From Asterias rubens (Eukaryota): a stretch of DNA of 64,000 bases. A program made the position numbers and the translations under genes. The notes below the pieces were generated by a model. The model had not been told where the DNA came from. It worked only from the letters and a program-made list of their open reading frames with translations, and ran no database searches. Within the stretch, counting starts at the first letter, position 1. Each line of letters starts with the position of its first letter. Location of the stretch: contig NC_047062.1 in NCBI RefSeq assembly GCF_902459465.1, positions 15,934,001 through 15,998,000 of the forward strand, read 5' to 3'. Shown here piece after piece: positions 1-11,622 of the stretch.

Positions 1-459
1 TCATCTTGATAGGTGTGGTAAGCATGTGCATGCGATAGGATAATGTTATGTGTTACCTTATACACCAACATGGCTGGCTCAGCGATGCCCGGGGCGAACG
101 CCCCGCTGCCGTACCCGAGGAGAGACACGATCCACGGCTCGTTGAATGTGATCCACAGCTTAACCCTGTCCCCGAAGTTTTCGTAACAAGCCCTGGCATA
201 GTCGTTGAAGTTGTTGATAATGGTTTCGTTTGCCCATCCACCGTGGTCTTGCAGAGCTTGAGGAAGATCCCAATGGTACAGTGTAACCATGGGTGAGATG
301 TTGTTGGCTATGAGCTCATCAATCAGGTTATTGTAGTAACGTACACCAGCGGCACTGAGGCTAGCGGCGGTGCCGTCTGGCATCAGACGCGGCCATGAGA
401 TGGAGAATCGGTAGTATGGAAGACCCATTGCTTTCATCATGGCAGCATCTTCCTTGTAA
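1..459 (-). CDS. GH1 beta-glycosidase paralogue A (lactase-phlorizin hydrolase-like), coding exon 2; gene continues off the window start
   Basis: Minus-strand translation (N)YKEDAAMMKAMGLPYYRFSISWPRLMPDG...PMVTLYHWDLPQ...LWITFNEPWIVSLLGYG...VTHNIILSHAHAYHTY. Acceptor ttgccttgcAG at 461-460. Phase 2 joins exon 1. The acid/base motif TFNEP is intact. Confidence 0.95.
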
Positions 460-1002
460 CTGCAAGGCAAATAAAGAAACCGTATACTGCATGAGAAAGG
501 TAACTGGTTTGACAATCCTTCTGTCCAGATATGACGCCAAATGGCTATATATAGACTTTCAGTTTCTTACCAAAAAAAAATTCCGGCGCCCGTCTCAAAA
601 AGGAAACGTGTTTTTCTTTTCCACTCAACATCAACATTAGTTGCACAGTTAGAATATAGCAGCATGAACAAACTTTTCACCATATGACAACCACATCAAT
701 GATTTAATGAAGACAAATGTGTATACATTTTGGTTTGTTTTGCAGCTTTTAGTGCACTGATAAACATTGGCATGCTGTGTTGGTCTTGGCGCAGCAAATG
801 AGGAGGGCAGCTCAATTTGTTTGATACTACTTTCAATTTTATTTCACATATTATGGGGATTGTTAATAACTGCAATCAAAACGTGGTTTAAAAAATTTAA
901 ATATGACAGAAGTCAAATTTTATATGATGCCACAATGCTCCAGTTTTGCTCCTTTGGTAACACACTGGCAAAGACGACATGAGAAGACACACTCTACTTA
1001 TT

Positions 1003-1095
1003 CTGAAGACGAGCAGAGTATAATACTGTTCGAAACGTAGATACCAAACCGGCTCTTTTCACAGCCAACACTACCCCAAAAGAGAATTATTTTAA
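1003..1095 (+). mobile_element. Short interspersed repeat with hammerhead-ribozyme-like core (Penelope pLTR-like), copy 1, in the GH1-A intron
   Basis: CTGAAGA-C-GAGCAG-agtataata-CTGTTC-GAAAC, followed by the family tail aaaccggctcttttcacagccaacactacccc shared with the copies at 15.1, 31.0 and 53.0 kb. Confidence 0.6.
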
Positions 1096-1192
1096 TATGT
1101 ACACGTACCCGCAAGTTAACTATTTATTAAAGTTTATTCTTTGAATACCTTCACACCATGCAGAGCTTCAAGCATAACTTAACTCTACTCAC

Positions 1193-1491
1193 TTGTTGTA
1201 GCTGTCGCATGCAATGTCACCATTGTCATTATTGAAGACATGACCACCCTCGTGCGTGAAGGTATCCCATATACCTACTCCCTTGTCATCTGCATCCCAT
1301 CCTCCCTCTATCTGGTACGAGGAAGTAGCACTGCTCCATATGAAACCATCAGGGAATGTGCCATAATAGTAGGTATCACGCTCTGGATCGTTGAATACAT
1401 CAGGATACACAAACTCGATCCTTTCTGCCCCCTTCGCACAGCTAAAAACAGCAGCTGCCGCAAGGCAAAGCACCAGTAATCGTGTCTGCAT
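1193..1491 (-). CDS. GH1 paralogue A, coding exon 1 with signal peptide
   Basis: ATG at 1491: [21 protein letters not shown] (signal-like), then [21 protein letters not shown]...GDIACDSYN. Donor GTGAGT at 1192-1187. Confidence 0.93.
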
Positions 1492-1715
1492 CGTTCCGGA
1501 GCCTTGGGTCTCAACGAAAAGTAGTTTTGTTTTGTTTTTTTGAAAACTGAACAGTGGTTCTTCCCCCACTGATTTTGCAAACTCGGTGTCGAGATTGCGG
1601 ATAATGTTGACTTATTGTCCGGTTTTATTAGCTGAGGTGATGTGTACTGTTTGTCACAACAACGTGACTGTTACCTAACTAGGGTCGAGATGGGTTTTGA
1701 TGATACCGCGGGCTG

Positions 1716-2026
1716 TTATCTTAATAAAGCAGAGTGGTATTAGAATATCGCGGCATCAATGATAATTCAGCTATCTGCAATAGACCTTTGTCATGATGCC
1801 TCCATCTTGGTCATATGTTCATCGTATCAAGTAACAATAATGTATGCTAATAGTAATTTTTCAAATAGGAACCAGACTATTTTGTTCTTCCAGCCTCGGT
1901 TTGGTTACCCTATTATCAATACGAGAAATTCAAGATGGCTGCACCATGATAAAAGTATGAGAGATAACCTCATTCGAAATGTGTAATCCTGTTAAATAAC
2001 TGCAAGATAGTTTAGACAACAGATAA
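1716..2026. promoter_or_regulatory. Cluster of 8 WGATAR (GATA-factor) motifs in the divergent GH1 intergenic region
   Basis: Motifs at 1716, 1760, 1771, 1913, 1947, 1962, 2005 and 2021, counting both strands. Confidence 0.4.
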
Positions 2027-2879
2027 CTGCAGTGTTTTCATGGTTTTGCTTTGATTTCTGGGCTACCTGAGCCATGGCAGTGATTTAAACGCCACTTATT
2101 CAGGCTTACGGGGACCGAGAACAAAACAGAAATAGGGATGCAAAAAAATAGAGTATGTGTTTGCTTATCATAATCATAACTTGAGTCTGGACCCGCCCCC
2201 CCCCCCGGACTTCCTTCTATCATCCATAAAAAAAAACTTGTTGTCATTATGTTAATTGTAATGTTTTATAATGAACGAAACACTTTTTTGGTGCTAAAAT
2301 GTTCAGATTTATAAATGAATTATCTCTAGGTAAAAATTATTGTAAAATCAGGCCGTATATGTGGTTTTCAACCATTTTGTGCCAATACTGCACAAGTCTT
2401 AGGAGAATCAATGTTATGAAACTTAACGATAAGCGTCTCCCCTGAACAATATCGATAAGAGCAATAACTTGTTAATCTGTAATATAAACAATCATGTTAA
2501 TATTCTTACTTAAAGTGATAAAGGGATACGCCCCCAACCCCATAAAAGATAATTTCAACTTTGCATGTACTATTTGCCTGTATTTCATTACACAACATTA
2601 GTCCCGGCTTGTAAAATCCCCAAGTCGTATAACTATTTGTTGACATCATTGTGTCAAGTTAGCGTCGATCATAAACGGATTTATGCTCCCTGGGTCCTGG
2701 GTCTCGTGATCCAACTACCCAATCAAAGCCGATCTCTTATGTTTGTAAATAAACAGGAGTTAACGCTGCTTTTGTCGAGTTACCGTTGAGGCTATTGGTC
2801 ATACCACTTCACACCACCCTATACACTACTGGAGGACAACCCAGCAATGCCTCTGTCCGAAGGACTCAGATTTTTAAAG

Positions 2880-3745
2880 ATGAGTGGAATTGTTATTTCC
2901 CTCTGCATCTTGGCCAGCTCGTTGACCGCGGCTCAAAATTTCGCCTACCCCAATATTTTTAACGACACCGAGAGAGATGTACCGATTTACGGGAAGTTCC
3001 CTGAAGGTTTTGCCTGGGGATCGGCGACGTCCGCCTACCAGGTGGAGGGAGGCTGGGACGCCGACGGCAAGGGTGAAAGCATCTGGGATACGTTCTCACA
3101 GGCAGGTAGATGTTTCGCGTACCAGACAGGTGACGTAGCTTGTGATAGCTATAACAAGTACCCAGTGGATGTCCAACTCGCCAAAAAGCTCGGTCTCACC
3201 CATTACCGTTTCTCCATTTCATGGCCCCGGGTTATGCCAGACGGTACCCGGGCTAGCCTCAACGAGCCTGGGTTGGCTTATTATGAAAACCTGGTGGATG
3301 AACTTTTAAAGGAGGGGATCGAGCCCGTGGTGACTCTGTACCACTGGGATCTTCCACAGACTCTCCAGGACCAATACGGGGGATTCGAGAACGAAACGCT
3401 GGTGGCGCTGTTTGACGACTACGCTGACGTATGCTTCGAACGGCTTGGCGCCAAGGTTAAACTGTGGATTACATTCAACGAGCCGTATGTCGTCTGCTGG
3501 TTGGGTTACGGTATCGGTGTTTTCGCCCCTGGGAAATACGACCCGGGTTACTCGCCGTACAGGTGTGCACACAACATCGTCAAGTCTCATGCCAAGGCGT
3601 ATCATACGTACCAGGAAAAGTACAAAGCGATGTACAATGGACAAGTTTCTATCACCTTGAGTACAGATTTTGGACTACCTGAAGACGAGACCAACCCAAA
3701 TCATGTTGCTGCAGCTGAACGCTACATGCAGTTTACGGCCGGCTG
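2880..3745 (+). CDS. GH1 beta-glycosidase paralogue B, exon 1 (alternative in-frame ATG at 2847)
   Basis: MSGIVISLCILASSLTAA signal peptide; FPEGFAWGSATSAYQVEGG, YRFSISWPR, TLYHWDLP and ITFNEP (acid/base Glu). Donor TG|GTAAGT at 3746. Confidence 0.96.
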
Positions 3746-4693
3746 GTAAGTCAACTTATTGCTCTTTATCTTAAGTTTTATAAGTTAGTTTGGGGGAACA
3801 AAGAATAATGCAATGTTAAGACACTTAACCGAAACGTAGACTGATTAGCGGTGCTAGTTTAGTAATAGCCTACTATTATTCACTGATGGTGGAGGGCTCA
3901 ACGACTAGTTCGGAAGAACTGGGCAAGTCTACCAATCTGGATACGTTGGACACAAAACAATATACCTCTTTTAGAAAATATAATTAGCCATTGCAAACAA
4001 CTTACCCGCAATAATACCGATGGTATTAATGCAAAAAAAAAAAAAAAGTTTTAAAATGGGCTGATGTTTCCACCCTAGCAGAGTCTTTCTTGAGTATCTC
4101 CTCTCGTGTTGATCGCGACTACACAAGAAAAACGAACGTCGCCAATCGCAACCCTTGTGTTCGCCGTTTTCGCTTTTAATTTTTGCATGGCGTATTAAAT
4201 GTGTTTTGAAATTGACTTGACCCAATAACATGTACATTTTTAGTATATATTTCATTCACAAAGTGGTAACTTTTCAGTGAGACAGTTTAACAGCATTTTA
4301 TAAAATGAGTCACACTAACAAGATAACTCAGTAGACCAAAGGGATTCTCTTCTTCAGAGGTAGACACACACAGGTCCAAAAGTTATTCCAAAATATTCTA
4401 AATCGATCAATATTTTACGACAATAAAAAAAGTCCTCTTCTGTAAGTTTACCAATGAGCTCTCCCGTTTGATACTTTCTGGAGACCAAGGACAAAACAAC
4501 AAGGGAAACTAAAAGAACTTCATAGGGACATTTTAAACCGGGGTGCTCCACAGGGAGTTTTGTGTACAAATTTTGTGGGGAAATATTAAGTACAGGGACA
4601 ATTAGAAAGAACAAAAGATGTCTCTACAGGAACGTGTGTTCCTCTTCAAACCACATCAATCTCCTTACTACAAGCAATTCTGTTTCTATCAAG

Positions 4694-4925
4694 GTTTGCT
4701 CATCCCATCTTCAAGAATGGTGACTACCCGGACGTGATGAAATGGCAGGTGGGGAACAAGAGCCTGTCTCAGGGCTTGAGCGAGAGCCGTCTTCCAGCCT
4801 TCACCGAGGCAGAGAAAGTCTTCAATGCCGGTACTGGAGACTTCTTTGGTTTGAACGCCTACACCACCACAGTGTGCAAGGACAACTTCAAATCATCCAC
4901 AGATCCAAATTACGAAGAAGACCAG
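4694..4925 (+). CDS. GH1 paralogue B, exon 2
   Basis: Acceptor tttctatcaAG. (W)FAHPIFKNGDYPDVMK...DFFGLNAYTT...NYEEDQ. Donor GTTAGG at 4926. Phases 2 to 0 are consistent. Confidence 0.94.
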
Positions 4926-5012
4926 GTTAGGTCAAAATGGTTACCGTGGATTATTTATTTTCCGTTTACTGAACACCTCACTCGTAAGAGAGTTTAACTT
5001 TAATTTCTTGCT

Positions 5013-6490
5013 AAGAAAGAGTCTGGAATTCCTCAAGGTTCAGTTTTGGGCCCACTTCTTTTCAGCGTCTACGTTAATGACCTACATCTTCATGTAAATT
5101 CCTCCATTGGTCAGTTTGCAGATGACACCTTCATATACCACTCTGTGAATTCGCAGGATCATGAAACAGTTAAATTACAAAATGATCTTGATAACCTTGT
5201 AAGTTGGTCTCAAAAGAATGCTCTGACCTTGAATATTTCCAAATGTAAGGTTTTATCTTTGAACCGTAGCAGATCTCGAACTAAACCTACCTACTATGTG
5301 CAGGGCCAGTCTCTAGAAACAGTTGACAATCTAAAATTGCTTGGAGTTACATTGTCTTATAATATGTCTTGGGATATGCATGTTCAAAACACAGTTTCTA
5401 AGTGCAATAGATTACTTGGTTTTATCCGCAGTGTAGCTGGTCATTCATCACTTGAAGCTCTCTTGCAATTGTATAAGTCTCTGGTTTTGCCTGTTTTAGA
5501 CTATTGCACTCCAATTTGGAATCCATACTTACAAAAAAATATTGCGGCTGTCGAAAAAATTCAACGGACAGCCACTAGAATGATCCTTAAACAGAGACGC
5601 CAAGATGAACCTTATGAGTCTAGACTTGCTCGCTTAAATTTATTTCCTCTTAGTAAACGTCGAGAGTATCAAAGCCTATGTTTGATTTCTAAATTGCTTA
5701 TTAATGGTCAAAGTGACAGTGTTCCCATCCTAAGTTTAATTACCATCAACATCAGGCATACTGACAAGCTTTGTTTTAACCATTTATCATTCAAGAAAAC
5801 TTCTACCAAAAACAGCTGCATTTTCTCTTTTCCAACTAAGTGGTCTGCTCTACCCAATGATGTTAAAAACTCTCTGCTCACTGCTAATTTCAATATTTTT
5901 AAAGGGAAACTAAAAGTTGCGGTTTATTCCCGATAGTTCCTTTTCTGGCAGTTTTGTAAACAGATGTTTTTTTTTTATCTTGTCAGTTTTTATNNNNNNN
6001 NNNNNNNNNNNNNNNNNNNNNNNNNNNNNNNNNNNNNNNNNNNNNNNNNNNNNNNNNNNNNNNNNNNNNNNNNNNNNNNNNNNNNNNNNNNNNNNNNNNN
6101 NNNNNNNNNNNNNNNNNNNNNNNNNNNNNNNNNNNNNNNNNNNNNNNNNNNNNNNNNNNNNNNNNNNTAATTGTTTGTCTCTTGTCCTTCCAGGTTGAAC
6201 TGACACACCTCTTGGTGACAGTGCAGGCACTTTTGTCAGTCCTGGTAAACCTGGATTGTTGATGTCTTTTTGTTGTCCTCAGTCGTGTAGTACTTTGTCT
6301 TCTCTTTTACTGCCTGTCCTCCTTTTTTATATCTTGATGTATCTCCCTTTTTAATGTTTTCCAATCCAGATGTTTATATTTATATAGGCCTATTTAATGT
6401 TTTTAAGAGCTTTATCCTTTACGTATAAAATTTTTGTAATTTTGTATATTTATGTGAATTGCTGAATAAATAATAATAATAATAAAAATA
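5013..6490 (+). mobile_element. 5'-truncated non-LTR retrotransposon (CR1/L2-group-like RT) in GH1-B intron 2
   Basis: SGIPQGSVLGPLLFSVYVNDL and FADDT RT motifs, open to the stop at 5936. T-rich 3' UTR, then AATAAA and a (TAA)n tail near 6465-6490. Confidence 0.9.
5994..6167. other. Assembly gap (174 N)
   Basis: Run of N characters. Confidence 1.
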
Positions 6491-6535
6491 ACCATATTTT
6501 CACCATATTTTCACCTTCATATTCTCATTTTAAAG

Positions 6536-6755
6536 GACGTGTCTAGGTACCAGCCGCAAGAGTGGCCCACCTCGGGCAGCGACTGGCTTCGTCCAGTGCC
6601 ATGGGGTCTTCGTAGACTCTTGAACTGGGTTCAAAAAGAGTACGGCAAACCGATTTACATCACTGAAAATGGCGTCTCTACTCCCGATGTGTCCGAACTC
6701 AACGATGTCAGTAGGATCACTTTCTATGGGGCGTACATCAACGAAGTTCTAAAAG
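6536..6755 (+). CDS. GH1 paralogue B, exon 3 (catalytic nucleophile)
   Basis: DVSRYQPQEWPTSGSDWLRPVPWGLRRLLNWVQKEYGKPIYITENG...YINEVLK. Acceptor at 6534-6535, donor GTAAAG at 6756. Confidence 0.95.
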
Positions 6756-7085
6756 GTAAAGGCGTGCCTTATTGGTTTTATCAAACCGTTCGACTGTTTT
6801 AATGCTTTAATGAGTAGGGGTAGATGGCCTTATCTTTCGATCCAATACCGGGCCTTCTTCAGAGGCATAAACAAGTAAAAACCTAGTATATAGATATATA
6901 TAATCAAACTAACCTGTGAAAATTTCGTTTCAAAAGGTGTCGCGTTTTTTCTTAGTTGTCGCCAAAAGTCCGGGGAAATTACTTATGTCAGCGCAAGAAG
7001 AATAATCCGTAATTGGATTACACAATGTGATAGACGTTACTGTCAGACAAGCGATATATAAGAATTATTCTTTCATAGTTATTAA

Positions 7086-7409
<324 letters not shown>

Positions 7410-7476
7410 GTGCTCACCACCCACCCCCACAGAAAGGTGTAACAAGATCCTGCAACAAACACAAATTAACAAAATC

Positions 7477-7505
7477 AACAAACAAACAAACAAACAAACA
7501 AACAA
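7477..7505 (+). repeat. (AAAC)n microsatellite downstream of the GH1-B stop
   Basis: About 7 perfect AAAC units. Confidence 0.9.
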
Positions 7506-8001
7506 TTATTCGAAAATAATACAATGTATTATGAAATATGTAATTCACTTTAGACTGAAGGGAACACTGACACCCCCCACTTTACAAAAACAAATACATA
7601 AAACTAGAGTCAATAATACAAAATAAATAAACAAATAGAAAATTTAACAAATAAATTAATACAAATCATAATAATTTATGGCAAAATTTCCTGTAATAAA
7701 ATTGTTCTTCGAATTCCAATACGCTGTCGTAAAAATTATAGCTTATTATTTTGATGTTGTTGTTCTGATATTAAACCATGTTACTATTCTGCCTTGGTAT
7801 CCAGCTGGTTTACTGTACAATATGTTTTCTTGGTCAGTTTTGTTTGAAATTGTTCTATTGATCGTTTCCTGTGCGCCCCCCCCCCCCCCCTCCCACTACA
7901 CTGTGAAAAATATCCGTAAACTTTACGGCACTTTACCTGGAGCCATAGGAGACATGGATTGGGAAGTACGAAGCAAGTTATCTACTAAAATTGTTGTTAA
8001 A

Positions 8002-8520
8002 TTAAGAAATTGCACTGGGTAAGAAGGAGAGACGATGACGATTAGTGTTGGATTTGAGTTGACGCAATCTCCCAGACTCATTAAAAACAAAAAAGTGTAT
8101 GAAGTGGGTGGGCATCATCAAGTTGTATACCTTCGAGTTTTGACACTAGAGCTGCCTTGTAGATGGAACCCAAATCTTTTACAGGAATACCAATGAGCTT
8201 ACTAGCAGATCTAGTGATTCTGTTGATTTTATTTTGATTACCCACAGACAGACCATTCGCCCATGCAATGCAAGAGAACGCAATGACAGACTGAATTACA
8301 CTTTTGTAAAACAACATGATAATATCCTGGTCAATGTTAAAAATCTTAAGTTTCCTTAAAAAATACAAACGTTGATTAGCCTTAGAGCATAATTTCTGAG
8401 TGTTAACATTCCAATTTAAATGGCTATCAATGTGAGTCCCAAGGTATTTATGTTCAGTGACCATTTCAATATCAAGACTATTTATGTTTACATTTAAGGA
8501 CTTGTAAATACGAAGAATTG
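8002..8520 (-). mobile_element. Degraded non-LTR retrotransposon RT C-terminus (L2/Rex1-like)
   Basis: HKYLGTHIDSHLNW...ANQRLYFLRKL...HPLH, a frameshift in a T run near 8090, then SGRLRQLKSNTNRHRLSFLPSAIS*, a typical LINE ORF2 end. Confidence 0.85.
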
Positions 8521-9380
8521 ATGATTCGACGTTTCGACCTTTATTAAACACGTACATGTATACTAGTCAAACACACGCAAAGTCGTACACTTTACCACTT
8601 CGACGCGAGTATAATTCACTTCTCTGTGTATGCAAAGTATACCAAATAATATTGCTGATAAGTTGTAAGTGTTACTCTTTATTAAAATGGTTAACAACTT
8701 TTAAGTTAACCTGAAAGATAGAGTGTATCTTGTTCGAATTTTGTTAAGAATGTATGGTTTGATATTGAATTTTTATGATGTTAAAATATTCAGACGGCAG
8801 TTATGTTTTTGAAAGTAAATAACTTTATAACCATGACAGATTTTAAAAAGTTTTTTCCCGTTTGGAAATGTATATTCCTCCGTTAATGTTTCAAACTGTT
8901 GGCTATTTTTAAGCTGTTCCGACCTACCGTCGGAACAGGTGTTGTTTTCGTCGAGATTTTTATTATTTTTATTAGCTGTTCCGACCTACCGTCGGAACAG
9001 GTGTTGTTTTCGTCGAGATTTTTATTATTTTTATTATTATTATTATTCTTTGTTTCCGCCTAAAACCCCATTGCATTTGTACAGCGTTTTTGTTCAGGCC
9101 CCGTCTCCTAAAGTATGAGGATAAAAGAGTTAAATCATATATCAAATTGAAGCTTAGAACATAAGCTTTACTCTAACAAAAAAGTGTTAAAATTCTTAAT
9201 TAATTAACCACGTGGTCTTCATTTGAATTTTTAATTTGTAAACTTGATGCAGTCACTTTCATGTTATTGTGAAACATTCTATTTGGTAGTACAACACAGT
9301 ATGTACCTCAATGAGTTGTTGACTTCTTGAGAGGAGTCTATACTATTTTGTTTCCTACCCGCGTTCTTGACACATTATTC

Positions 9381-9582
9381 GGGACTTTTCGTTTTCGACG
9401 ACGGATGGTTCTGCGACGGTTGTTCAGCTAAACGTTGTCGTTTTCAGCACAACGAAGATTCATCCCAAGTACTGTTGTAGAAATTGAGGGACGACCATCC
9501 TCAAAGCCGACGCATGCGCAGATGACGCCAAATGTCATATTTACCGTCGCAGAACTATCCGTCGTCGAAAACGAAAAGTCCC
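9381..9582. mobile_element. MITE with about 39-bp TIRs (PIF/Harbinger-like, GGG termini)
   Basis: GGGACTTTTCGTTTTCGACGACGGATGGTTCTGCGACGG and its reverse complement at 9544-9582, with 1 mismatch. Confidence 0.8.
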
Positions 9583-9711
9583 TATTACTCTGTACACACA
9601 CAACGTACGGAGGTTTGGGATTTTCGTTAGAACGTGCGTTAAATTTTTCCTTGTTTTTCTAACCGCGTTCTGTGCATGGGTTTCGTTAAAACGAACGTGC
9701 GTGATTAGATA

Positions 9712-9751
9712 GGGGTTTTTGACAACATCGACGTCGTCGTCAAAAACCCCC
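9712..9751. repeat. Collapsed TIR-only hairpin (Harbinger-like)
   Basis: GGGGTTTTTGAC...GTCAAAAACCCC with a short GAC/GTC-rich spacer. Confidence 0.5.
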
Positions 9752-10871
9752 TTAAGGCATCTAATACTACATTTCAACCCTACTTAATAGTTATAGGCGT
9801 TAGCAGTTCATATTTAGTGACAATGGTCGCAAAATCATGAAACGAGAACTATTTCGCCGGATCATAATCCCCTCTGTTGATGCACACATGTAAAACCCCA
9901 CCATTTTTACATCGTGCCCTTCTAGCCTAGTGGTCATCAGTCGCGACTACACATCTGAGAATTGCGAGTTCGAATCTCCGTCCTCAATCAATATTTTTTT
10001 ATCCCCCAAAACTAAAAATATATTTCTTTTTGTAATATTTAAGTTTGATTCTTATCTTTATATCGATAGTGTTGCCTTTTCTTGTTCTCAAATGTTAGCC
10101 CAACATAACCTGTGTGCATGCATGACACGATGATGTTTAAAAACACAAGCGAAAAATGGTGATCATAAGCGCAGAGTTTGGTGGTTAAGAGTTCTGTGAA
10201 ATCAACTTGTACTAGATCAAACAACAAACCACCGACCCAAATTTTTTTTAAATCGTTATTTATTAACCACGTGACCCATATTTGCATATTTAATTGTACA
10301 AGGGGACAAAGTTGTTGGAACTTCCTGTTGATGCTGACATCATGAGAACATCAGCATAAGTATTGGAATTGCACTACCTATTGAACCACGTGGAGTGTTC
10401 AAGGAGTCCAACACGTCAGTCTAGAGTCCAACTCTGATCGTACAAATCAATTCAGGCATCATCTTCAATTTAATTTTATGCAACAAGCAAACTTATAAAT
10501 TTTCTGATTTTATTTCAAAGGGTAACATAAATGGCTGTTAGCGAACGGTTTCCAACAAAAACTACATGGTGTACGTGCACAATACTCTTACTGGCCTCAA
10601 GCATTTACCTCTAGATAATAAATCAAGCATTCAGTTCAAAATGATAAAAGTTTGTTATTTCCACATTATTCAGCGAACCATGAACCATACACAGCTACTA
10701 TTCACATGAAAATCTATGCGTGGAGGGTAACATGGCTGTTGTGTTGATTTCGAGAAAGACTCTACTTACGACGGGGCGAGCACGTCTGGGCATTAACTTT
10801 TTTCTGCGGATGGTGATCCAAAAGCAGCCATAACATAACGGATCGGTGTAGGCGGAAAGCAAACAGCTGAC

Positions 10872-11055
10872 ATGTCAGAGTGGCGAAATGGTGGCTGGAA
10901 AGCCGTGTTTTGTGTTTCCGTTACTTGGTTTGTATGGACTGGCCTCATCAAGGGTTTAGGAGTAATGCTACCAGTCTTGAAGGAACAATTCGATTCTAAA
11001 ACATGGCTGGTTGGCTGGATTATCGCTATGATTAACGGAGCCGTCGACTTTGCAG
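10872..11055 (+). CDS. SLC16/monocarboxylate transporter-like MFS protein, exon 1
   Basis: MSEWRNGGWKAV...GLIKGLGVMLP...WLVGWI: the GGW motif and TM1 Lys of MCTs. Donor GTAGGT at 11056. Confidence 0.92.
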
Positions 11056-11243
11056 GTAGGTCAAATGAAGTTGGCACCACATTCCGTATCTTGCCACCAT
11101 TTTTCTACCGATTTTTTTGTTTTTACAAATAGGAGGAACTCTTAATTTGGATATTGATTGATTTATGGAGACACTAATTTATTTCAAATGTGGTGGCAGG
11201 ATACGGAAACTTTCCTCAAAGTTGCTTAGGAACCTTGTATTAA

Positions 11244-11622
11244 AGGCAGTGGACACTATTGGTAATTACTCAAAATAATTATACCATAAAACCTTACTTG
11301 GTGACGAGTAATGGGGAGAGGTTGATAGTATAAAACATTGTGAGAAACGGCTCCCTCTGAAGTGCCATAGTTTTCGAGAAAGAAGTAATTTTCCACGGGT
11401 TTGATTTCAAGACATCAGATTTGGAACTTGAGGTCTCGAAATCAACCATCTAAACGCACACAACTTCGTGTGACAAGGGTGTTTTTTTTCTTTTATTATT
11501 ATCTCGCAAGTTCGATGACCGATTGAGCTCAAATTTTCACAGGTTTGTTATTTTATGCATATGTTGAGGTACACCAACTGTGAAGGCTAGTCTTTGACAA
11601 TTACCAATAGTGTCCACTGTCT
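11244..11622. mobile_element. Kolobok-like MITE family A
   Basis: TTAA on both flanks; about 24-bp TIR AGGCAGTGGACACTATTGGTAATT. Confidence 0.85.

Larger units (their letters stand above)
8905..10360 (+). mobile_element. Helentron/HINE (DINE-1)-like non-autonomous element, right end tentative
   Basis: Starts in a T run with the hairpin CTGTTCCGAC-ctacc-GTCGGAACAG, duplicated with a 62-bp period, followed by (ATT)n. Candidate 3' end: GTTGGAAC plus the hairpin ATGCTGA...TCAGCAT (10331-10357). Confidence 0.5.

Noticed and set aside
1492-1569. N-terminal extension of ORF 1189..1569
   Set aside because: It begins at a non-ATG codon; the ATG at 1491 directly opens the signal peptide.
3306-3682. 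Antisense and alternate-frame ORFs over GH1 exons (also 48..296, 7164..7505, 15459..16142 and 24489..24764)
   Set aside because: They are shadows of real coding exons with no independent motifs.
5910-6230. ORFs spanning the N run
   Set aside because: These are artefacts of the assembly gap.
8525-8545. GGTCGAAACGTCGA hammerhead-like half on the minus strand
   Set aside because: There is no CTGANGA or stem II upstream.
8912-9030. CRISPR-like palindromic direct repeats (also the 42-bp and 22-bp arrays)
   Set aside because: There are no unique spacers and no cas genes, and the context is eukaryotic.
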